A stretch of 64,000 nt of DNA from Terriglobia bacterium (GTDB lineage: Bacteria > Acidobacteriota > Terriglobia > Terriglobales > SCQP01). Made by a program: the position numbers and the translations under genes. The stretch lies in NCBI GenBank assembly GCA_021323595.1, contig JAJPKR010000012.1:4056-68055 (forward strand), given 5' to 3'. Below the pieces are notes generated by a model. That model worked only from the letters and a program-made list of their open reading frames with translations. It did no database searches and was not told the DNA's origin. Each line of letters opens with the position of its first letter. Within the stretch, counting starts at the first letter, position 1. This document shows positions 32,353 through 40,224 of this stretch, one piece after another.

Positions 32353-35300
32353 GTGTTCCGTTGTCGCTTCGCCGCCCTCGCCGGCTCTCCGGCCCGGAGA
32401 CCCATATTCGGCTCGCATTCCGGCGCCGCTGCCGCACATGACTTTAGCGGTCTCGCCCTTCGGCGACCGCAGCGAGCTTCGCTCGGCATATTGCTGGCGC
32501 TTGCCCTTGCCTGTCTCCCGGTGCAGGCTCAGTATTTCGGCCGCAATAAGGTGCATCCGACGCTGAATTTTCAGGTTCTGCGCACGAAGGACTTCGATAT
32601 CTACTTCTATCCGAGCGAGCGCGCCGGCGCCTATCGCGTGGGCCAAATGGCGGAACGCTGGGACGCGCGGCTGTCGCGGATCCTTCACCATCAACTCAGC
32701 AGCCGCCAGCCGGTGATCGTCTATGCCGACCAGCCGGATTTTATGCAAACGACGACGATTCCTGGCTTTATCGGCGAAGGCGTGGGCGGGGTGACCGAAC
32801 CGGTGCGGCGGCGGGTGGTGATTCCGCTGGCAGGCAGCTTGGAGGGCACCAACCATGTCTTAGGCCATGAACTGGTGCATGCATTCCAGTTCGATATGAC
32901 CGCGCGCCACGGCGGCCGTGCGGCGGAAGCGCCGCGGACGGCGAATCTGCCGCTTTGGTTCGTCGAGGGCATGGCGGAGTACTTGAGCCTGGGACCGGTG
33001 GACAGCGAGACCGCGATGTGGATGCGGGAAGCGCTCCTGCAAGACCGGTTCCCGACCGTGAAACAACTCGACAGCCCCAAGTACTTTCCCTACCGTTTCG
33101 GCCAAGCTTTTTGGGCCTATGTGGGAGGGCGATATGGCGACGAGGCGATCGGCAAAATGTTGCGCGAAGCGGGTCCGAATGGGACGCGCTCGATCCCGGC
33201 CGTATTGAAAACCCAGCCTGCGGCCTTCTCGGCTGCCTGGCGCCAAGCCATGGAAACGGCTTATGAACCGGTCTTACGGGCAACGCGACCGGTGGACCAG
33301 ACCGGCAAGGTGATCATCAACGAGCGGAATGGCGGCGCACTCAACGTCAGTCCGGCGGTGAGCCCCGATGGCAAGTTCGTCATGTTCTTGTCATCGAAGG
33401 ATCTGTTGGCGGTGGACCTGTATCTGGCAGACGCCGAGACCGGCAAGATCTTGCGGCGGATCACCTCCACCGCGACCAGCCCGCACTATTTGAGCCTGGA
33501 GTTCATCAACTCGGCCGGCGCCTGGAGCCGCGATGGACGGCAATTCGCGTTCGCGCGCGTCACCGCGAGACACGCGGAGTTCGCCATCTATGACCTGCGC
33601 CGGAACGAAGTCGTGCGCACCTGGAGCCTGTCGGGCATCGGCGAGGTGTTTTCGCCCACTTGGTCGCCGGACGGTCGCCAGATCGCGTTTTCGGCGATTC
33701 GCGGCGGCGACACCGATCTGTATCTCTTGAATCTGAATGACGGCGCGGTGACGCAATTGACCGACGACGCCTACGCGGACCTGCAGCCCGCCTGGTCCCC
33801 CGACGGCCGGAGCATCGCCTTCGCCACCGACCGTTTCACGACCAATCTCGCGGAACTGGCGCCGGGTCTTTACCGGCTGGCGATATACGATGTGGCCACG
33901 CACGCGATCCGGGAGCTGCCCGGATTCGCCGGCGCCAAGAACATCAATCCGCAATGGTCGCCCGACGGCCGAAGTCTGTACTTCGTCTCCGACGCCGGCG
34001 GCATTTCGAATTTGTATCGCCTCAACTTGGCCACGGGCACGATTGCGGCCATTACGAACATCCAGACGGGCGTGGCCGGCATTACAGCCACCAGTCCCGC
34101 CGTTTCCGTGGCGGCGGAGAGCGGGACGATCGTCTTCAGCGCTTTCACCGCCGGCCGGCGCGGTGAAGCGTATGCGTTGGTGCGGCTGGCGCCCACCTCC
34201 ACCGCACCGTCGCCGGCGGCGGTGCTGGCGGGGCTGCACGCCAACGTGCTGCCGCCGCGCACGGCGGGCAGCGGCGAGGTGGCCGCCTATCTCCGCGATT
34301 GGCGCTCCGGACTGATCGCCGCGACCGGCTTTGCGTCTGCGCCTTACCATGCCCATCTCGAGTTGGTGAGCATCGCGCCGCCCCAGGTGCTGTTGGGCGC
34401 CAGTCCCTTCGGCGCGCTGGTCGGCGGAGGGACGGCGCTGAATTTCGAGGACTTGCTGGGATATCATCATTTGACGATCGGGGTGGAAGCGGTCACGGGC
34501 GCGGGAACCGCGAATTTTCTGCGCAATCTCTCCGCTTTGGGACTGTATCGCAACCAGCGCCATCACTGGACCTGGGGCTTGCTCGGCGGACAAGTGCCCT
34601 TCGTGAGCGCGGCGGTGGCCAGCACCCCGGCGGTGATCAACGGCACTCCGGTCTTTCTCAATCAGACGTTGACGTTCTGGGAGTTGGACCGGCAAGCGCT
34701 GAGCGTGCTCGCCTATCCAGTCAGCCGCGCCATGCGGATCGAATTCCAAGCGGGCTTCGAAAACATCGGGTTCGCCGAAGAACAGACCGTGGACGTGATC
34801 TCGGCGGCGACGGGCAATCTGCTGGGCTCGCAAACCCAAGACGTCCCCGCACCGGCGGCGCTCAACTTCGCCGAAGGCAACGCCGCGTGGGTGTATGACA
34901 CCTCCGTCTTCGGCGGCGCCAGCCCGATTGCCGGGCAGAGCGCGCGCCTGCAGGCCGGCATTGCCTCCGGCAGTCTCGACTTCAGCACGGTGCTGACCGA
35001 CTATCGGGACTACTGGCATCTGGCGCGGCCCCTGAGCGCGGCGGTGCGCGTGCTGCACTATGGACGCTACGGCGGCGGCGCCGATGATCAGCGCCTGCAG
35101 TCATTCTTTCTCGGTTATCCGTGGCTGGTGTGCGGGTATAGTCCCAACTCGTTCAGCACCGCCGAGTGCGGGCCGCAGTTCAACGCCACCGGCGCCTGCC
35201 CGGTGTTCGATCGCTTGCTGGGCACGCGCATCGGCGTGCTCAACGCCGAATTGCGGCTGGAACTGACCGGCCCGCTGGGACTCGTCGCGCCCTCCCTGCC

Positions 35301-35520
35301 GCCGATCGAACTGGCGCCATTTTTCGACGGCGGCGTGGCCTGGACGCACGAGCAAGAGGCGAGCATCTTCGGCGGGCCGCGTCATCCGGTGAGCAGCGAA
35401 GGGCTGACCTTGCGCTTCAATCTCTTCGGCTTCGCCGTCGCGCAGATCAGCGTGGCCTATCCGAATAATCGCCCGCTCGTCCACCATCTTTGGGAATTCG
35501 CGCTGATCCCCGGCTTCTGA
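32353..35520 (+). CDS. Large envelope protein: an HExxH metalloprotease-like domain, TolB/PD40-type beta-propeller repeats and a C-terminal OMP-like beta-barrel; start codon unresolved
   Basis: A signal-peptide-like RRPQRASLGILLALALACLPVQAQ is encoded near 32461-32532. Motifs are HELVHAFQFD...WFVEGMAEY, followed by the repeats VSPDGKF, WSRDGRQFAF, WSPDGRQIAF, WSPDGRSIAF and WSPDGRSLYF. The C-terminus WEFALIPGF ends in an aromatic residue. Candidate starts are ATG 32281, GTG 32353 and TTG 32491; see findings. Confidence 0.75.
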   Translation: MFRCRFAALAGSPARRPIFGSHSGAAAAHDFSGLALRRPQRASLGILLALALACLPVQAQYFGRNKVHPTLNFQVLRTKDFDIYFYPSERAGAYRVGQMAERWDARLSRILHHQLSSRQPVIVYADQPDFMQTTTIPGFIGEGVGGVTEPVRRRVVIPLAGSLEGTNHVLGHELVHAFQFDMTARHGGRAAEAPRTANLPLWFVEGMAEYLSLGPVDSETAMWMREALLQDRFPTVKQLDSPKYFPYRFGQAFWAYVGGRYGDEAIGKMLREAGPNGTRSIPAVLKTQPAAFSAAWRQAMETAYEPVLRATRPVDQTGKVIINERNGGALNVSPAVSPDGKFVMFLSSKDLLAVDLYLADAETGKILRRITSTATSPHYLSLEFINSAGAWSRDGRQFAFARVTARHAEFAIYDLRRNEVVRTWSLSGIGEVFSPTWSPDGRQIAFSAIRGGDTDLYLLNLNDGAVTQLTDDAYADLQPAWSPDGRSIAFATDRFTTNLAELAPGLYRLAIYDVATHAIRELPGFAGAKNINPQWSPDGRSLYFVSDAGGISNLYRLNLATGTIAAITNIQTGVAGITATSPAVSVAAESGTIVFSAFTAGRRGEAYALVRLAPTSTAPSPAAVLAGLHANVLPPRTAGSGEVAAYLRDWRSGLIAATGFASAPYHAHLELVSIAPPQVLLGASPFGALVGGGTALNFEDLLGYHHLTIGVEAVTGAGTANFLRNLSALGLYRNQRHHWTWGLLGGQVPFVSAAVASTPAVINGTPVFLNQTLTFWELDRQALSVLAYPVSRAMRIEFQAGFENIGFAEEQTVDVISAATGNLLGSQTQDVPAPAALNFAEGNAAWVYDTSVFGGASPIAGQSARLQAGIASGSLDFSTVLTDYRDYWHLARPLSAAVRVLHYGRYGGGADDQRLQSFFLGYPWLVCGYSPNSFSTAECGPQFNATGACPVFDRLLGTRIGVLNAELRLELTGPLGLVAPSLPPIELAPFFDGGVAWTHEQEASIFGGPRHPVSSEGLTLRFNLFGFAVAQISVAYPNNRPLVHHLWEFALIPGF

Positions 35521-35726
35521 ATTCAAGGCTCGCTGGCTGGCGAACTCCGCGCCAGCCCGTGCGCGCTAAGCGTTCCGGCGTTCGATCTTGCGGAAATCCT
35601 AAGGATGCTGCGCGCGGGGTTTGGCGGCGGGGCCGGCGGCCGGCTCGGGCCTGTCTTTGGCGGCGGAGGGCGACAAATCTTCGCTGCCAGAGCGTCGCGT
35701 GCGCGGGCCATGGCTAGACTAGCGGT

Positions 35727-36830
35727 ATGAATTGGTGGTGGCCGGTGGCGGCGCTGACCGCGGCGGCGAGCACCGGGGCGGCCTGCCAAGCGGTGGGCGA
35801 GCGGCGCGACCGGCGGCGCTTTCCGCCGGCGGGGACGATGGTGCGCTTGCCGCGCGCCCAGGGTGGGCACGCCCTGCATGCCGTCGTCACGCCGCCGCCG
35901 GGTGGGCGCGCGCCGTGGGTCGTCTTCGAGGCGGCGCTCGGCGCCTCGGCGCTGAGTTGGGTGCTGGTGCAGCGCCAAGTCGCGGCCTTCGCGCCGACGG
36001 TCGCATATGATCGCGCCGGCATGGGCTGGAGCGAACCCGGACCGATGCCGCGCACGGGCGCGCGCGTGATTGCCGACCTGCGGGCGCTGCTGCGCGAGCT
36101 CAGCGTGCCGCCGCCCTACATTTTGGCCGGCCATTCCTATGGCGGATTGCTGGCGCGGGCCTTCGCCGCGGAATTTCCCGAAGAGATCGCCGGCTTGGTG
36201 CTGGTGGATGCGGCGGCGCCGGAACAATGGACCGCGCCCGCGTCACACGACCGCTTGCGGCTGCGCGTCGGACGCCATCTGTGCCGCCGCGGCGTGTGGG
36301 CAGCGAGGCTGGGCGTGGCGCGAGCCGTGGCCTGGCTGGCGACACGCGGCGCCGAGCGACGACCGCCGGGGAGCGATCCCGAGCGCGATTTGCACGTGCG
36401 GGCGGCGCGCGGCGTGGTGACGGCGGTCACGATGGGGATTCTCGGCCGCTCCGATCGCGGCTTGCTCACGCCGGTGCACAATTTGCCGCCGGAGGCGCGG
36501 CGGCCGCTGGCGGCGTTATGGATCCAGCCGAAATACTACGCAGCGCTGGCCAGCCAGATCGAGGTCTTGCCGGCCCTGGCGGCGGAGGTGGCGGCGCGCG
36601 AGGCAGCGCGCAAGGCGCCGCTGCCGGCGCCGGCTATCGTCTTGAGCGCCGCCGGGCCCACGCCGGCGCGAGTCGCGGAACAGGAGCGGGCGGCGGCGCT
36701 CTCCGCGCGCGGCCGCCATGAAATCGTGGCGGAATGCGGCCACTGGATTCCGCTCGACCGGCCGGATGCGGTGGTGGCGGCCATCCGCGAGGTGGCGGCG
36801 CGGGCCCCCGCAAACTCTGCCCGCGGCTAG
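35727..36830 (+). CDS. Alpha/beta-fold hydrolase
   Basis: 367 aa with the nucleophile elbow GHSYGG and a C-terminal ECGHWIPLDRPD (catalytic-His context). Confidence 0.8.
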   Translation: MNWWWPVAALTAAASTGAACQAVGERRDRRRFPPAGTMVRLPRAQGGHALHAVVTPPPGGRAPWVVFEAALGASALSWVLVQRQVAAFAPTVAYDRAGMGWSEPGPMPRTGARVIADLRALLRELSVPPPYILAGHSYGGLLARAFAAEFPEEIAGLVLVDAAAPEQWTAPASHDRLRLRVGRHLCRRGVWAARLGVARAVAWLATRGAERRPPGSDPERDLHVRAARGVVTAVTMGILGRSDRGLLTPVHNLPPEARRPLAALWIQPKYYAALASQIEVLPALAAEVAAREAARKAPLPAPAIVLSAAGPTPARVAEQERAAALSARGRHEIVAECGHWIPLDRPDAVVAAIREVAARAPANSARG

Positions 36831-37381
36831 CCGGAGTCTCCCGCGCCGCGGGGCGCGGGATAAGCGACGCGGCGGCCCGCGACTCGGGCGAACGGCGTGA
36901 GACGGGCGGGCGGCGCCGAATGCGCGGTCATGATGTGGCGCACGGCGAGGCCGCGCGCCAGCAGGGCGTCTACGATCAGCGAGCGATGGCAGCGCCAGGG
37001 CACCGCTTCGGCGCACATGATCGCGGTAAAGGGCGCGGCTTTGCGCTTGGGCTTGCCCGCCAGCGCGAGCAGTTCGGCGAGGCCGGCGGCGAACTCGGGT
37101 GTTTGCATATAATCCGCGAACCCGCGAAACGAGGCGTTGCGCCAGCCACGATTGACCGAGTCGGGGCGCGCATGCCGCAGCCCTCCCAGCGCGGGCAGAT
37201 GACGGTAGGCGATGCGGGCGGCGCGCAGCGACGCCGCCAGCGTGCGCGAGTCGAACTGCGGATTGTGGCGCGAGCGCGGCACCGTACGCACGTCCACCAG
37301 CCGGCCGACGCCATGCGCTTCGAGCAGGCCGATGAATTCGGCGATCGGGTGGGTGGAATGGCCGATGGTGAAGATCGTCAT
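36827..37381 (-). CDS. DUF488 family protein
   Basis: Trimmed to the ATG at 37381 (MTIFTIGHSTHPIAEFIGLLEAHGVGRLVDVR...). The TIGHS N-terminus and the CAE..PWRCHR motif match my recollection of DUF488. The upstream 198 codons of the track ORF are antisense to yggS. Confidence 0.7.
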   Translation of the reverse strand: MTIFTIGHSTHPIAEFIGLLEAHGVGRLVDVRTVPRSRHNPQFDSRTLAASLRAARIAYRHLPALGGLRHARPDSVNRGWRNASFRGFADYMQTPEFAAGLAELLALAGKPKRKAAPFTAIMCAEAVPWRCHRSLIVDALLARGLAVRHIMTAHSAPPARLTPFARVAGRRVAYPAPRGAGDSG

Positions 37382-37493
37382 CGCGGGTCCCGGCTGTCGC
37401 CGGCGGCTGGCGGAGGGCGGCCTCGAGCGCGCCCGCCGCGGCCCGTTGCGCTGATCTTGTTGCCGATGCCCGCTAGCCATGTAGGCTGAGCAT

Positions 37494-38186
37494 ATGACGA
37501 TTGCGGCAAGTCTGGCGGAGGTGCGCGAGCGCATGGCGGCAGCGTGCCGGCGCGCCGGCCGCGCCCCGCAAGCGGCGCGGCTGATGGCGGTGACCAAGAC
37601 GGTCGCGCCGGAGCGGATCGCCGAAGCGATCGCGGCGGGGCAGGCGCTGTTCGGCGAAAACCGCGTCCAGGAACTGGAGGCCAAGCGCCAAGCGCTGGCC
37701 GGGCGCGCCGGTTTGGAGTGGCACCTCATCGGCCATCTGCAAAGCAATAAGGCGGCGCGGGCGCTGGCCGCCGCCGATTCCATGGATTCGCTCGACAGCC
37801 CGGCGCTGGCGGCACGCTTGGAGCGGCTGGCGGCGGCAGCGGGCAAGCGCTGGCCGGTGATGATCGAAGTCAATGTCGCCGGCGAGCCGCAAAAGGCGGG
37901 CGTAGCACCCGCCGCGCTGCCGGCCTTGGCGGAGGCGGTCGCGGCCTCGCCGCATCTGGACCTTTGCGGCATCATGGCAATCCCGCCGGAAGCCGCCGAT
38001 CCCGAAGCCAGCCGCGGGCACTTTGCGTCTCTGCGCGCAATGTGGGACAGAATGAAAAGCTACGCCGGCACGCGCTGGGAACTCTCGATGGGCATGTCGC
38101 ACGATTTCGAGGACGCCATCGAGGAGGGCGCGACACTAGTGCGCGTGGGCTCGGCGATCTTCGGCGCGCGCGCGCCGCGCACATGA
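37494..38186 (+). CDS. yggS: YggS-family pyridoxal-5'-phosphate homeostasis protein
   Basis: 230 aa with the PLP-lysine context LMAVTKTV, plus FGENRVQE, HLIGHLQSNK and MGMSHDFE. Confidence 0.88.
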   Translation: MTIAASLAEVRERMAAACRRAGRAPQAARLMAVTKTVAPERIAEAIAAGQALFGENRVQELEAKRQALAGRAGLEWHLIGHLQSNKAARALAAADSMDSLDSPALAARLERLAAAAGKRWPVMIEVNVAGEPQKAGVAPAALPALAEAVAASPHLDLCGIMAIPPEAADPEASRGHFASLRAMWDRMKSYAGTRWELSMGMSHDFEDAIEEGATLVRVGSAIFGARAPRT

Positions 38187-39682
38187 ACGATTACCTATTC
38201 GTATTGATCGTCATCGTCGCCGTGCTGCTGGCTGTGGGCCTGCGGCGGCTGCGCACGGTGAAAACCGGCGCCGACTTTCTGGTCGCCGGCCGCTCGCTGT
38301 CGGCGGCGGTCCTGATCTTCACCCTGCTGTCGAGCTGGATCGGCGCCGGCAGCCTCTTCGCCGGCGCCGAGAACGCCTTCCACAACGGCCTGGCCAGCCT
38401 GTGGCAGCCGGCCGGCGGCTGGGTGGCGCTGATCGTGATCTTTTTCGTCGCGCCTCGCGCGCGCACCTTCGCGCAATTCACGGTGCCGGATCTGCTGGAG
38501 ACGCGCTACGGCGTCGCCGTGCGCGTCTTGGGCATGGTGGCGATCATCCTGGCCTATACCGCGATCACTTCCTATCAGTTCAAGGGCGGCGGCGACATCC
38601 TGGCGCTTTCGACGGGAATCAATCCGGTGTGGGGCACGGCGCTGATCGCCGCCTTCGTGATCGTTTTCACGGCGCTCGCGGGCATGAGCTCGATCGCCTA
38701 CCTGGATCTGGTGATCGGCATCTTGGTGACGGTGATCTTGATCGTCGCGATCCCGCTGCTGCTCGCGCACGCCGGCGGCTGGGCGCATGTCAAGGCGGTG
38801 CTGCCCCCCGATCACTTCACGTTTCTCGGGCCGCTCTCGATCTGGAAGGCGCTCGCCTACTTTCTACCGGTGTTCTTGTTGATGCTCGGCAACCAGAGCA
38901 TGTACCAGAAGTTTTTTTCGGCCAGGAGCGCCCGCGACGCGCGGCGCTCGGTGGTCGGCTGGGTGATCGGCACGACGATCCTGGAGACGATCATCGTGGT
39001 GATCGCGGTGATCGGCTCGGCGCTGGTGCGGGAGCGGGAGCAGGCGCTGGGGCATGCGATCGGCGGCTTTTTCCCGCGCGAGATCATCCCCTATGTGGCT
39101 CGCCACGGGCTGCCGGAGCTGATGGGCGCGATCCTGATGGGCGCGATCTTCGCCAAGGTGATCTCGACCGGCAACAATTACTTGTTTTCCCCGGCCACGA
39201 ATATCATTCACGACATCTATACGCGCTTCATCAACCCGCGCGCCAGCCAGCGGCGGCAGATCGCGGTTTCGCGCGGCGTGGTGATCGTGCTGGGCGTGCT
39301 GGCCTTCGCGCAGACCTTCCAACAGTCCATTCTGGCGGTGATGCTGTACGCCTACACCGTCTACAGCGCGGCGATCACGCCGGTGGTGATGGCGGCGTTT
39401 TTCTGGAGGCGCGCGACCCAGGCCGCCGCCGTCGCCTCGGTCGCGATCGGCACGGTGATTACCGTCGCCTGGAACGTTTTCCCCAAGCTGGCGGCCTGGC
39501 TGCCGGCGACTCCCGGCTGGCGCGCCGCCGTGGCGTATACGCAAGCTGTGGATGCAGTGTATCCCGCCGTAATTCTTTCCATCCTGGCGTTGGTCGGCGT
39601 CAGCCTGCTCACCTCGCCGCCGCGCGCCGACCAACTGGCGCCGTTCTGCGCCGCGCGCGCGGAAGCCGCCGCCTCCGACTGA
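38183..39682 (+). CDS. Sodium:solute symporter (SSS) family transporter
   Basis: The ATG at 38183 (MNDYLFVLIVIVAVLL) overlaps the yggS stop (ATGA). About 13 hydrophobic segments are present, with FLVAGRSLS and SWIGAGSLFAGAENAF typical of the SSS family. Confidence 0.85.
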   Translation: MNDYLFVLIVIVAVLLAVGLRRLRTVKTGADFLVAGRSLSAAVLIFTLLSSWIGAGSLFAGAENAFHNGLASLWQPAGGWVALIVIFFVAPRARTFAQFTVPDLLETRYGVAVRVLGMVAIILAYTAITSYQFKGGGDILALSTGINPVWGTALIAAFVIVFTALAGMSSIAYLDLVIGILVTVILIVAIPLLLAHAGGWAHVKAVLPPDHFTFLGPLSIWKALAYFLPVFLLMLGNQSMYQKFFSARSARDARRSVVGWVIGTTILETIIVVIAVIGSALVREREQALGHAIGGFFPREIIPYVARHGLPELMGAILMGAIFAKVISTGNNYLFSPATNIIHDIYTRFINPRASQRRQIAVSRGVVIVLGVLAFAQTFQQSILAVMLYAYTVYSAAITPVVMAAFFWRRATQAAAVASVAIGTVITVAWNVFPKLAAWLPATPGWRAAVAYTQAVDAVYPAVILSILALVGVSLLTSPPRADQLAPFCAARAEAAASD

Positions 39683-39706
39683 TTCGGCCCGGGAGAGAGC
39701 CGGCGC

Positions 39707-40222
39707 TCATTGCGGGCCGAAGTAGGGCGCCGCACCGCCGGCGGCGTCGATGCGGTACATGGCGGCGAAGCCTTCGCTGCTGGCGGGCGGGCGCAAGCGC
39801 GCGGCCAGGCGCTCGAGCGCGGCTTCGGGCACCGCGCGGCCGCGGCGGCGGTTGCGGCGGCGGCAGATCTCCGGCGGCACGTCGAAATAGAGCGCGACAC
39901 AAGGGTAGCGATATTCCTCGGCGATGGCCATCAGCGGCTCGCGCTCGCGCGGCGAAAGGTTAGTGGCGTCCACGAAGGTCAGCGGGCGGCCGGCGCGCAG
40001 GCGCGCCCGCAGCAGGTGCCGCAGCGCCGAGAAAACCAGTTCTGGATGGCGCTGATCGGCGGGGTCGTCAAGAATCGTCTGGCGCAGCTCGTCGCTCGAC
40101 AACGCCGCCAGCCGGCGGCGGCGCAGATACGTGGTCTTGCCCGCGCCGGGCAGCCCGATCAGGAGCACCACCGCGCGTTCGGGAAATCCGGCGGGCAGCG
40201 GCAGCGGCGGCCGAACCGGCAC
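39707..40222 (-). CDS. P-loop kinase-like ATP-binding protein (AAA_33 / polynucleotide-kinase-like fold)
   Basis: A GTG start at 40222 lies 2 nt after the fadE stop. Walker A is LLIGLPGAGKTT. The FVDATNL and RRRNRRRGRAVPEAALERL regions resemble small nucleotide/polynucleotide kinases. Confidence 0.6.
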   Translation of the reverse strand: MPVRPPLPLPAGFPERAVVLLIGLPGAGKTTYLRRRRLAALSSDELRQTILDDPADQRHPELVFSALRHLLRARLRAGRPLTFVDATNLSPREREPLMAIAEEYRYPCVALYFDVPPEICRRRNRRRGRAVPEAALERLAARLRPPASSEGFAAMYRIDAAGGAAPYFGPQ

Positions 40223-40224
40223 CG

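Noticed and set aside
36827-37975. Long N-terminal extensions in the ORF track for DUF488 (382 aa). The same occurs for the P-loop kinase (39707-40948), the CBM9-like protein (60135-61499), patatin (45167-46651), the SSS transporter (37964-39682), the aldehyde dehydrogenase (16704-18443), the M42 peptidase (8137-9447) and MutT (22081-22614).
   Set aside because: The extensions overlap neighbouring genes, either antisense or out of frame, or are Arg/Pro/Gly-rich with no homology-like features. Internal starts restore typical family lengths and N-termini.
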